This document shows positions 38,078-46,776 of a DNA stretch of 64,000 nucleotides, in pieces. A model generated the notes under the pieces. It saw only the letters and a list, made by a program, of their open reading frames with translations, was not told the DNA's origin and did no database searches. The DNA lies in assembly GCA_045597165.1 (NCBI GenBank), contig JAZODS010000020.1, forward strand, positions 37,281-101,280. The letters run 5' to 3'. A program made the translations under genes and the position numbers. Position 1 is the stretch's first letter. Each line of letters starts with the position of its first letter. Origin of the DNA: Lachnospiraceae bacterium. Lineage in GTDB: Bacteria > Bacillota > Clostridia > Lachnospirales > Lachnospiraceae.

Positions 38078-40696
38078 TTAATCATCCAAATATCTTGCGT
38101 AGTACTTGTGAACAAGATTGTCTAAGAAGGATTCGTTAATTGCACCAAATGTATCGGTAATACGCTTCTTGATACCTTCGATCTTTCTCTTGAAGTTCTC
38201 TTCATCGCTTGCCTCCTCAGACTCAAATGCCTTAACACTCGACAAGGAAATATTGAGAAGCATCCAGCTGTTGAACAGAAGAATAAGCTGACGTCCGTTC
38301 ATCGAAAGAATGAAGTTGGATGTACGTACCTCGGACGGATTGATGATGCGATTAGCGCCTTCCGGAACGTTATCCGAGAACAAGCGCATCGTTTCTTCCG
38401 GAGAGGTAAGTCTCATTCCGGATACGAATTCGGCTGCCGCAGCAGTGCGATTGGACTTTTTAAACCTCGAATAATCGGATACGGAGTGTGGCTTGTAGTA
38501 TTCAAATGCCTCCATCTCATCCGGGTTGGGAGTGTAGTCCGGTACAAAGCCTGCATAGGAATCCAAATCTTCATTATCCTCGAAGATGAGCTTTCTGCCC
38601 TTGCCGAGATCAACGGAAAGGTTTGCAAGTCTGATTCGTTCTTTTTGCTGTTCTGCGTTAGTGCGATTCTGCTCGCTCTTTCTTTCTTTGATACGCTTCT
38701 TGAATTCTTCAAATGCCTTTTCGGTCTCGTCCTCGGGATCCATCTCAGGGGCAGAGGGGAGTGTATAATCCGGAACAAATGCCTTGAAGGTTTGTGAATC
38801 CAAATCGTCGGCACCGGTAGCGTAACGATGTACATTCTTAGATGCACGTCTGAAATTGTTGTCCTTTGCCTTCGACGGATCGGCAAAGGAAGAAATGCCG
38901 GGTGTCATGATGTCATCGCTATCAATAGCATTATCACTTGCGATAACCTCTTCAATGATGTCATAGTCAAGCGGGACAACAATCTTAGTATCCTGAATGT
39001 CGGTCGGACGAAGCGATACGGATTCGTATTCGGAAGCGTCTCTGCGATAAAGCGAAGCGTCCGGAATGATTTCCTCAATCACGGAGCCTTCTGCAACCGA
39101 TTCGGTGATTGATTCGGTGGTTTCTTCGGATACAGATTCCTCTACGATAGTAGCTACTTCGTCTACGGCAATCTCTTCGGAAATGGTTTCCTCGGGTTCC
39201 GGAATGTATTCGAACGGGGCAGTGATAGTGTCATCTGTCGTCTCGACAACTTCCTCGCTAACCTCAGCCACGGGTTCTTCAACGACTTCCTCAATAACCT
39301 CAGCAACGGGCTCTTCGATGACTTCCTCGCTAACCTCAGCAACGGGCTCTTCGATGACTTCCTCAACAACCTCGGCAACGGGCTCTTCAATGACTTCCTC
39401 AACAACCTCGGCTACGGGCTCTTCGATAACTTCCTCGATAACCTCAGCTACAGGTTCTTCAACAACTTCCGCGGGAGTCACATCAATTTCTTCAGTTGCC
39501 ACTTCTTCAACGACTTCTTCAACAGCTTCCTCGGTCGTCTCCTCGGTCGTCTCCTCGGTTACTTCCTCGACTGCCGCTTCAGTTGCCTCTTCGGAAGGTT
39601 CCTCGACAACTACTTCAGCGACTTCCTCGATTGTTTCTTCAACGACATCCTCGACTTCGGGAACTGTCTCAATCGTCTCCTCGACAGTCTCTTCAACGGT
39701 TTCTTCGAGAGTCTCCGCAACGGTCTCCTCGACTATCGCTTCCGGAGTAGTAGCGATTACGCCTTCCTCGGCAGGAGTGGTTTCTTCTACAATTGCCTCG
39801 ATCTTATCGTCATCTGCTGATGCAGTGGCTTCCGCTTCGGGAGTATTGGAAGAAGGATTGTTCTCCTCACTTCTGCGAAGTCGTCCGATGAACAGATTTC
39901 TAAATGGCTTACGAGATCCTGCAGATTTCGCTTGCGGAGCAGTACTTACCGGATCAGTTGGCTCAGACTCCTCGGTAGGCGATACAATCTCGGAAGGAGT
40001 AGAAATAGGCTCCTCGGGAATGTTCGCTTCCGGCTCAGCAGGCTCGGCGACGATCTCCGTAGCTTCCTCAGCAGGCTCGGTGACGGTCTCGGTAGCTTCC
40101 TCAGTGGGCTCGGCTACAGCTTCCTCTACAGTTTCCTCGGTAGATTCCGTAGGTTCAGCTTCTTCGACGGAAGCTTCCTCGGTATTCTGCTCGAGTTCCT
40201 CTGAAGCGGTAGCTTCTTCAGGAGTATCAACCGACTCCTTCGGGGTAGCGGTAGTAGCTTCTTCCTGAGGTGCCTCTGTGGATTCTTCCTTTATTGCATC
40301 TTCTTGTACTGTGGATTCCTCTGTCTTGGTCTCCTCAGCATCGGGCTTTTCTTCTCCGTTGTCAGGTTGTACATCTGTCTGTGCTTTGTCAGTATCTTCA
40401 CCACGTCTGCGCTTGGACTCCATAACGTAGAAGGATGCGAACAGCTTCACGGCTTTTTTTACATCCGGCTTATCAACGTAAACCTTGAAAGCGTTCTCAC
40501 GCATGGAATAGCGGTAGGAGCCTTCAATACCTTGCTCCTGCATGTACTCGATGAATTTCTGTGCTGCATCCTCTCTTTGCAGCGCAAATACCGGTACGGT
40601 TTCTACAGACGTTTCGTTGTTTAACGGAACGTTACACTTGGAACAGATGACAACACCTTTCGGAAATGTCTCTTTACAATTTGGGCAAAAAGGCAT
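38078..40696 (-). CDS. 872-aa zinc-ribbon protein with a giant hyper-acidic E/T/V/A/P repeat region (function unknown)
   Basis: ATG 40696 lies 7 nt after ggaggag; the ORF track start, TTG 40711, sits inside the RBS. N-terminus MPFCPNCK...CSKC zinc ribbon plus a small alpha/beta domain. About 450 aa of low-complexity acidic repeats. Structured C-terminal ~250 aa with a duplicated FVPDYT motif. Confidence 0.8.
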   Translation of the reverse strand: MPFCPNCKETFPKGVVICSKCNVPLNNETSVETVPVFALQREDAAQKFIEYMQEQGIEGSYRYSMRENAFKVYVDKPDVKKAVKLFASFYVMESKRRRGEDTDKAQTDVQPDNGEEKPDAEETKTEESTVQEDAIKEESTEAPQEEATTATPKESVDTPEEATASEELEQNTEEASVEEAEPTESTEETVEEAVAEPTEEATETVTEPAEEATEIVAEPAEPEANIPEEPISTPSEIVSPTEESEPTDPVSTAPQAKSAGSRKPFRNLFIGRLRRSEENNPSSNTPEAEATASADDDKIEAIVEETTPAEEGVIATTPEAIVEETVAETLEETVEETVEETIETVPEVEDVVEETIEEVAEVVVEEPSEEATEAAVEEVTEETTEETTEEAVEEVVEEVATEEIDVTPAEVVEEPVAEVIEEVIEEPVAEVVEEVIEEPVAEVVEEVIEEPVAEVSEEVIEEPVAEVIEEVVEEPVAEVSEEVVETTDDTITAPFEYIPEPEETISEEIAVDEVATIVEESVSEETTESITESVAEGSVIEEIIPDASLYRRDASEYESVSLRPTDIQDTKIVVPLDYDIIEEVIASDNAIDSDDIMTPGISSFADPSKAKDNNFRRASKNVHRYATGADDLDSQTFKAFVPDYTLPSAPEMDPEDETEKAFEEFKKRIKERKSEQNRTNAEQQKERIRLANLSVDLGKGRKLIFEDNEDLDSYAGFVPDYTPNPDEMEAFEYYKPHSVSDYSRFKKSNRTAAAAEFVSGMRLTSPEETMRLFSDNVPEGANRIINPSEVRTSNFILSMNGRQLILLFNSWMLLNISLSSVKAFESEEASDEENFKRKIEGIKKRITDTFGAINESFLDNLVHKYYARYLDD
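39245..39460 (-). repeat. Six in-frame tandem copies of a 36-bp unit encoding EEPVAEV[IVS]EEV[IV]
   Basis: Copies read directly at 39245, 39281, 39317, 39353, 39389 and 39425, each 36 nt, differing by 1-3 nt. Confidence 0.9.
40036..40125 (-). repeat. Two and a half in-frame tandem copies of a 33-bp unit (AEPxEEATExV)
   Basis: cagcaggctcggcgacgatctccgtagcttcct / cagcaggctcggtgacggtctcggtagcttcct / cagtgggctcggctacagcttcct. Confidence 0.8.
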
Positions 40697-40761
40697 GTTG
40701 TTCTCCTCCAATCAATTATTTTCGGCAAAATGCCGAAGTCCACGATTTTTTCATATGAAAT

Positions 40762-40790
40762 ATTATACATAATAAACACTGCGTTTTCAA
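40762..40790 (-). promoter_or_regulatory. Sigma-A promoter for the 872-aa acidic protein gene
   Basis: Minus strand TTGAAA-17 nt-TATAAT. The -35 lies in the loop of the upstream gene's terminator hairpin. Confidence 0.45.
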
Positions 40791-40807
40791 GCAAAAACGC
40801 AGTGTTT
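40774..40807 (-). terminator. 14-bp hairpin after the upstream zinc-ribbon gene (probable leaky terminator)
   Basis: aaacactgcgtttt / aaaacgcagtgttt. The downstream U-tract on the minus strand is imperfect (auuauguauaauauuu). Confidence 0.45.
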
Positions 40808-40837
40808 CGATAAAAAAATATAAAAAACTTTTTCGTG

Positions 40838-41899
40838 TTACTCCTCGAACAGTTTAGAATAGATTTCTTCCGCAAAATAGTCCGTCATTGCAGAGTCGTT
40901 GTCGGGAAATGCTTCCTTCAATTGGTCGGCGATGTAACTCTGGTAGTAAAGGAGAGTTTCTTCATACGTATCGGCCGGAGTAACATTTTGCTGAATGATT
41001 TCTTTGGTGAGATTCGTATCGGCCCAATTGTTGATTTTATCGATCAGCTGTTGCTCTTCGGAAGCTTCATTCTTGCGAGCGGAATAGGATTTCAGTAATG
41101 AAATACCGCCAACAAGCATAATAGCAAAGACCATAGCCATAACGACCTGCGAAAATACGCTGTTGAAGAATGCAATCACACCGAAATAGCTGAGGAATAC
41201 AGTAAGCAGACCAACTACGCCGAAAGCGATGAGCATAATGCCTGTGCTGAGCGTATCCTTGGCTCTGAATTCTGCGGAAGTGTATGAACTACCGCCTCTG
41301 GCACGAATGTTCATCTGCGTCATAGCAATTACGGCTTCCTCGGCGAAGAGTTCTTCAAGAAAACCTTCGTCCTCAGAAGAAGCTGTGTCGTCATCGTCTT
41401 CATCGGACGCCTCATCGACAATGTCTTTTTCTTCGTCGTCATTGTCAGCCGCTGAGACGTCGTCGACAGTGGCTTCGAAATCCTCGGAAGCGGTATCGAA
41501 GGAATCGTCGAAGTCATCGTCGTCTTCGTCATCGGCGTCTTCCGTTAATACTGCGGAATGATTCAAAATGGCCTCTGCCTCGGAAGGAGAGATGTTGTTG
41601 GTTGTCTTACCGGCAACCTCAACGGAAACAAAGATGGCAAATGCCTGCTGAATTCGCGTCTCATTCTTGGGCGACGAATACAACTCGTATTTGCCGGTAT
41701 CCGGATTCACGTTCGTGAGCGTCTCAATCTTGGAATAGTCCAGATATTCTAAAAATCGATTCAATACTCGTTCACTCTTAAAAGAGTAGATGAGCTTCAT
41801 ATCAATATAAGCAAGCTCTTCAACCAACTCGGTTCCGCAATCCGCGCAGGTCAAAATGCCGGCTTCGTATTCGTTTTTGCATTTCGGACAAAAAGGCAT
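40838..41899 (-). CDS. 353-aa zinc-ribbon membrane protein with an acidic D/E tract, paralogous at its N-terminus to the downstream 872-aa protein
   Basis: MPFCPKCK...CADC zinc ribbon, D/E-rich tract (DADDEDDDDFDDSFD...), two TM helices (GIMLIAFGVVGLLTVFLSYFGVIAFF; VVMAMVFAIMLVGGISLL). RBS ggagg. Confidence 0.8.
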   Translation of the reverse strand: MPFCPKCKNEYEAGILTCADCGTELVEELAYIDMKLIYSFKSERVLNRFLEYLDYSKIETLTNVNPDTGKYELYSSPKNETRIQQAFAIFVSVEVAGKTTNNISPSEAEAILNHSAVLTEDADDEDDDDFDDSFDTASEDFEATVDDVSAADNDDEEKDIVDEASDEDDDDTASSEDEGFLEELFAEEAVIAMTQMNIRARGGSSYTSAEFRAKDTLSTGIMLIAFGVVGLLTVFLSYFGVIAFFNSVFSQVVMAMVFAIMLVGGISLLKSYSARKNEASEEQQLIDKINNWADTNLTKEIIQQNVTPADTYEETLLYYQSYIADQLKEAFPDNDSAMTDYFAEEIYSKLFEE

Positions 41900-41928
41900 C
41901 GTAGTTCCTCCTAAATGTTGATATACAA

Positions 41929-41957
41929 ATTATAATGCATAAAATGCGAAATGGCAA
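41929..41957 (-). promoter_or_regulatory. Sigma-A promoter for the 353-aa zinc-ribbon gene
   Basis: Minus strand TTGCCA-17 nt-TATAAT. Confidence 0.5.
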
Positions 41958-42036
41958 GAAAAAAGCATATGCAAATGAGGTTGTTTGTGGTATTATCATA
42001 TGAGACTTATTGATATGATTCCGAGGAGGAAATCCG

Positions 42037-43953
42037 ATGAATAAACTTGCTCTTTCAGATGAAATCTTATTGCAGGTTGAGAAGCCTGCTCGCTATATCG
42101 GCGGCGAAATCAATATGGTTCGCAAGAACCCAAAGGAAGTTGACATTCGCTTCGCTATGTGTTTTCCCGATGTGTACGAGGTTGGTATGTCACACCTGGG
42201 AATTCAGATTATCTACGATATGCTGAACAAGCGAGACGACACGTATTGTGAACGAGTTTACTCGCCATGGACTGACCTGGACAAGATTATGCGTGAACGA
42301 AATATACCGCTGTTTGCACTGGAGTCGCAAGAGCCGGTGAAGAATTTTGATTTCCTCGGCATTACGCTTCAGTACGAGATGTGTTATACAAATGTGTTGC
42401 AGGTTCTCGATTTGTCGGGCATTCCGCTTCGCTCAAAGGACCGTTCCGAGGACGATCCGATCGTAGTAGGCGGTGGTCCCTGTGTTTATAATCCGGAGCC
42501 GATTGCGGACTTCTTCGATTTCTTCTATATCGGTGAGGGTGAAACGGCATATTATGAGATTTTGGACCTTTACAAGCAGATAAAGGCTGACGGAGGTACG
42601 AGAACGGACTTCCTTCATGAGGTTGCTAAGATTCAGGGTATGTACGTTCCTTCGCTGTATGACGTGACATATCACGAAGACGGCACGATAGCAGCATTTA
42701 CATCGAAGCACGACGACATTCCGACGAAGATCAAAAAGCAAGTCGAGACGGAGCTGAGCGACACATTTTATCCGGAAAAACCGCTTGTGCCTTATCTGAA
42801 GGTCATTCAGGACCGTGTCGTGTTGGAGATTCAAAGAGGCTGTATCAGAGGCTGTCGATTCTGCCAGGCCGGTATGATTTACAGACCGATTCGTGAACGT
42901 AGCGTGGATTATCTCAAGAAGCTTGCGAAGTATATGCTGGATTCTACCGGACAGGATGAGATTTCGCTTAGTTCGTTGAGCTCCAGCGATTATTCGTGTC
43001 TTCCGGAGCTTGTGTATCATTTGATTGATCAGTACAAATCAAAAATGGTGAATATCTCGTTGCCGTCCTTGCGCATCGATGCATTTTCCTTGGATGTTAT
43101 GAACAAGGTGCAGGATGTGAGCAAGAGCAGTCTTACATTTGCTCCTGAGGCCGGCACGCAGCGCATGAGAAATGTGATTAATAAGGGGTTGACGGAGGAA
43201 GATATCCTTACCGGTGCAAAGAGCGCATTCGTCGGCGGATGGAACAAGGTGAAGCTGTATTTCATGCTCGGCCTTCCGTTTGAAGAGCTTGAGGATGTAC
43301 GCGGTATTGCGTATCTTGCCGAGAAGATTGCAGAGGAATATTATCAGATTCCGAAGTCCGATCGCAACGGAAAGGTTTCGATTAACGTGAGTACGTCGTA
43401 TTTCATTCCGAAGCCGTTTACGCCGTTCCAGTGGGCGCCTATGATTCGCAAGGAGGAGTTCCTTGAGAGACAGCGTACTTTGCAGTCGACGATTCGCGAG
43501 CAGCTCAATCAAAAGAGCATCGTTTATCATTGGCACGATGCGGAGACGAGCGAATTGGAAGGCATCTTGGCTCGAGGTGACCGTAAGCTTTGCGATGTGA
43601 TTGAAAAGGTGTATCGCAAGGGCTGTATTTACGACGCTTGGACAGAGCATTTTCGCTATGATGTGTGGAAGGAAACTATGGATGAATGCGGAGTTACCGT
43701 TGAATTCTACAACACAAGAGAGCGAAGCCGCGAAGAGCTTCTGCCTTGGGACCACATTGATATCGGCGTTACGAAGGCATTTATGTACCGTGAATATGAA
43801 AATGCAAAATGCATGACGGTTACGCCGAATTGTCGTCGCAGATGCTCCGGCTGCGGTGCTGCAACATTTGGCTGTGGCGTGTGCGTAGAGCCGAGAAATG
43901 AAGACGGCACTAGCGTTTATTACGACGGAAAGGATACGGGTGTGAACGGATGA
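42037..43953 (+). CDS. B12-binding-domain radical SAM protein (TIGR03960-like)
   Basis: 638 aa. Radical SAM core EIQRGCIRGCRFCQAGMIYRP. C-terminal Cys cluster CRRRCSGCGAATFGCGVC. Confidence 0.88.
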   Translation: MNKLALSDEILLQVEKPARYIGGEINMVRKNPKEVDIRFAMCFPDVYEVGMSHLGIQIIYDMLNKRDDTYCERVYSPWTDLDKIMRERNIPLFALESQEPVKNFDFLGITLQYEMCYTNVLQVLDLSGIPLRSKDRSEDDPIVVGGGPCVYNPEPIADFFDFFYIGEGETAYYEILDLYKQIKADGGTRTDFLHEVAKIQGMYVPSLYDVTYHEDGTIAAFTSKHDDIPTKIKKQVETELSDTFYPEKPLVPYLKVIQDRVVLEIQRGCIRGCRFCQAGMIYRPIRERSVDYLKKLAKYMLDSTGQDEISLSSLSSSDYSCLPELVYHLIDQYKSKMVNISLPSLRIDAFSLDVMNKVQDVSKSSLTFAPEAGTQRMRNVINKGLTEEDILTGAKSAFVGGWNKVKLYFMLGLPFEELEDVRGIAYLAEKIAEEYYQIPKSDRNGKVSINVSTSYFIPKPFTPFQWAPMIRKEEFLERQRTLQSTIREQLNQKSIVYHWHDAETSELEGILARGDRKLCDVIEKVYRKGCIYDAWTEHFRYDVWKETMDECGVTVEFYNTRERSREELLPWDHIDIGVTKAFMYREYENAKCMTVTPNCRRRCSGCGAATFGCGVCVEPRNEDGTSVYYDGKDTGVNG

Positions 43954-44756
43954 GAGTAAGAATACGTTTTGCGAAGTTCGGCAGATTGCGCTTTCTCGGA
44001 CACCTGGATGTCCTTCGATATATGCAAAAGGCCTTTCGAAGAAGTGGCTTGAACATTTCCTATAGTGCCGGATTTCATCCGCATCCGCTCATCAGCTTTG
44101 CACAGCCGTTGTCGTTGTCACTGACAAGCGATGGTGAGTATTTTGATGTGGAGTTTGATGAACGTTACGAAGAACAATTTCTCTTTGAGAAACTGAGTGC
44201 TGCGATGTGCGAGGATATCGTGATTAACCGTGTCACCATCTTGCCGGATTACATTCCACATCAAAAGAAAGTTACCGGTATGTCTTTGGTTGCCGGTGCA
44301 ATGTATGCACTTATCAGACGTGAGGATACGACCGATGTATGCGATGGAGCATGGGAGCAACTTGCTAAGGCGGAATCGCTTCTCCTTGAAAAGAAGACAA
44401 AGAAGGGCACGCGCGAATGTGATGTTCGAGCGGGAGTTCACGGCATTTGGCGCTTGGGTTCCGATGGTCGCCACGAGCTGTTGAATGACGGCGTGTTTAC
44501 GATGAACGACGATGTCATCGCTACCGGTATTGCGCATATGGACAACTATTCGGAAGAAAATTTGGATAAGAATCCGTGCTTTGTAGTTGCGCTGGATGCG
44601 GGAAGTGAGAACAATATTTCCTCGGAGCTGTTGATCGAGGCCTTGTGTAAGGTAGCCGGCGTTTCGTATGGTCCGCTGATGTATTACATTCATCGTATGG
44701 ATATCTTCGGCGCCGATCAGGAAGGAAGAATGATACCGTTATGGAAAATGGAATGA
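43950..44756 (+). CDS. Radical-SAM-associated protein (DUF2344 / TIGR03936-like)
   Basis: MRVRIRFAKFGRLRFLGHLDVLRYMQKAFRRSGLNISYSAGFHPHP is the family hallmark. ATGA start/stop overlap with the upstream gene. Confidence 0.85.
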   Translation: MRVRIRFAKFGRLRFLGHLDVLRYMQKAFRRSGLNISYSAGFHPHPLISFAQPLSLSLTSDGEYFDVEFDERYEEQFLFEKLSAAMCEDIVINRVTILPDYIPHQKKVTGMSLVAGAMYALIRREDTTDVCDGAWEQLAKAESLLLEKKTKKGTRECDVRAGVHGIWRLGSDGRHELLNDGVFTMNDDVIATGIAHMDNYSEENLDKNPCFVVALDAGSENNISSELLIEALCKVAGVSYGPLMYYIHRMDIFGADQEGRMIPLWKME

Positions 44757-45946
44757 TTGTCTACCGCGATGGTGAAGGAATCTTTACTGCCGGTTTTTAC
44801 GAAGACAAATTGATTTCGATTAGTGCGTGCAAAGCGCAGCAGACCTCGTATCTGCAGGGCAGCATTTGGATCGGTCGTGTGGAAAAGATTATTCCGGGAA
44901 TTCATGCGGCTTTTGTCAGTGTTGATAAAGATGCGGAGAATTGGTATTTGCCGTTCGATAAGATGAGCAAACCATTTGTTAAGCAGACGCATACGGATGG
45001 GAAAATGCACGTTGGAGATGAGGTAGTTGTACAAATCGACCGCGAAGCGGGAAAAAACAAGCCGGTATCCGCAGTAGCCGATTTTTCGCTTACCGGAGTG
45101 AATCTGGTGTTGATGCATGGCAAAAAGGGAATCTATTTTTCTTCTAAGATTGAGTCGGATGAATTCGAAAAGCTATGGTTGAGTCGCTTGTCGTCGTACA
45201 AAAACGGACCGTATGCGATTATGTTTCGAACGAACTCGTTGCAAGCATCCGATGAGGCTATCTATGCTGAGCTGGAACGACTGAAGGAAGAATACAATCG
45301 AATCAGCGACATGCATGCTTCTCGCGTCGTCGGAACCTGTTTGAGGCCCGGCTTGCCTGCTTATCTGGCAGAGATGAGAGATTCCTATAGCAAAACTGTT
45401 GATGAATATGTGACGGATGATCGCGAAATCTACGAACAGATGAAGGCGTTTTTGCAGGAGTATCGACCGGAGCAGGAGCATTTGCTTCGATGGTTTGATT
45501 CCGGAGCGGTGAGCCTTGCAGCCACATACGATATGCGTGCCAGATTGAAAAGCTTGACCTCTAAGAAGGTTTGGCTTAAGAGCGGAGCGTATCTCTTCAT
45601 TGAGCATACGGAAGCAATGACGGTAATTGATGTGAATACCGGTAAAGCAACCGCGGGAAATAAGCTTGGCAAAGAAGGCTTTCTTTCGTGTAACATCGAA
45701 GCGGCAGAGGAGATTGCATCGCAAATGAGACTGCGAAATATATCCGGAATCATTATTGTCGACTTTATCGATATGAAACGGCCGGAGGAACGCAATGCTC
45801 TGATGGATAAGCTGCGTGAATGCGTTGCGAAGGACCCGATACGTACAAATGTTGTTGATATGACCCGTCTGAACCTTGTGGAGATCACTCGTATGAAGAA
45901 AAAAAGACCTTTGTACGAGGAATTAGCCGCAATAAAAGAATTCTGA
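44753..45946 (+). CDS. rng: Rne/Rng-family ribonuclease (RNase G-like)
   Basis: S1 domain (GSIWIGRVEKIIPGIHAAFVSV), catalytic region ...MTVIDVNTGK..., SGIIIVDFIDM. ATG 44753 forms an ATGA overlap with the upstream stop; the ORF track starts at 44741. Confidence 0.88.
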   Translation: MIVYRDGEGIFTAGFYEDKLISISACKAQQTSYLQGSIWIGRVEKIIPGIHAAFVSVDKDAENWYLPFDKMSKPFVKQTHTDGKMHVGDEVVVQIDREAGKNKPVSAVADFSLTGVNLVLMHGKKGIYFSSKIESDEFEKLWLSRLSSYKNGPYAIMFRTNSLQASDEAIYAELERLKEEYNRISDMHASRVVGTCLRPGLPAYLAEMRDSYSKTVDEYVTDDREIYEQMKAFLQEYRPEQEHLLRWFDSGAVSLAATYDMRARLKSLTSKKVWLKSGAYLFIEHTEAMTVIDVNTGKATAGNKLGKEGFLSCNIEAAEEIASQMRLRNISGIIIVDFIDMKRPEERNALMDKLRECVAKDPIRTNVVDMTRLNLVEITRMKKKRPLYEELAAIKEF

Positions 45947-45964
45947 AAAAACGTGAAATTTATC

Positions 45965-46085
45965 TTGACAGGCTATTGATTTATGTGGTATCTTATATGA
46001 GTATGCCGCACAATGGGGTTCAAAGTATGAGAGGATTTGTTCTCATCACCGTAATTGGCGAGTAATGATAATAGGAGGTGCCAAT
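45965..46085 (+). promoter_or_regulatory. rplU promoter plus ~90-nt structured 5' UTR (possible L21 leader)
   Basis: TTGACA-18 nt-TATCTT. Hairpin atgaga-ggatttgt-tctcat at 46027-46046. An L21 leader RNA is known upstream of rplU in Firmicutes, but I did not verify a match. Confidence 0.4.
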
Positions 46086-46394
46086 ATGTACGCAATTATT
46101 GCAACTGGTGGTAAGCAGTACAAGGTAGCTGAAGGCGATATCATTAGAGTAGAGAAGCTTGGTGTATCTGAAGGTGAGACCGTTACTTTTGATCAGGTTC
46201 TTGCTGTAAACAATGGTGAGCTCGTTGTTGGAACGCCCAACGTTGCCGGTGCAACTGTATCTGCAAAGGTTCTTGGCGAGGGCAAGGCTAAGAAGGTTAT
46301 TGTTTACAGATACAAGAGAAAGAGCGGATATCATAAGAAGAACGGTCACAGACAGCCGTTCACGAAGGTTGAGATTGTTAAGATCAATGCTTAA
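46086..46394 (+). CDS. rplU: 50S ribosomal protein L21
   Basis: [21 protein letters not shown] after aggaggtg. Confidence 0.96.
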   Translation: MYAIIATGGKQYKVAEGDIIRVEKLGVSEGETVTFDQVLAVNNGELVVGTPNVAGATVSAKVLGEGKAKKVIVYRYKRKSGYHKKNGHRQPFTKVEIVKINA

Positions 46395-46425
46395 TGTTAC
46401 CGTTTAGAATAGGCGGTGAACGATT

Positions 46426-46746
46426 ATGATTCAAGTGTCTTTTCGCAAGAAAGGTGAGAAGATTTCCGGGTTTTCCTGTGTCGGTCATGCAGGGTATGCA
46501 GAGAGTGGTTACGATATTGTATGTGCCGGAGTTTCCGCACTCGTAATCAATTGCATCAACTCCATCGAAACGTTGGTTGGTGACCGATTTGAATATCAGG
46601 AAGTGGATGACGGCGACGTTCATTTTGAATTACAGGAGCCGATCAGTCCGGAATCGGAGTTGCTGTTGCAGTCTTTGCAACTGGGACTCGTTCAGATTGA
46701 GAAGGATTGTGGATCTCAATTTGTACATGTAACTATAGTTGATTAG
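46426..46746 (+). CDS. prp: Ribosomal-processing cysteine protease Prp (YsxB)
   Basis: GFSCVGHAGYAESGYDIVCAGVSAL (catalytic His/Cys). Located between rplU and rpmA. Confidence 0.9.
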   Translation: MIQVSFRKKGEKISGFSCVGHAGYAESGYDIVCAGVSALVINCINSIETLVGDRFEYQEVDDGDVHFELQEPISPESELLLQSLQLGLVQIEKDCGSQFVHVTIVD

Positions 46747-46776
46747 CATTTACACGTTTTTTAGGAGGTAATGGTC

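Noticed and set aside
39066-40268. 400-aa Ser/Thr-rich ORF on the plus strand that looks like a mucin-like or cell-wall repeat protein.
   Set aside because: It is the reverse complement of the GAA/GAG/GTT/ACN-rich repeat codons of the acidic protein. The minus-strand frame has an RBS, a zinc-ribbon N-terminus, a paralogue next door and a structured C-terminus. The plus-strand ORF has none of these.
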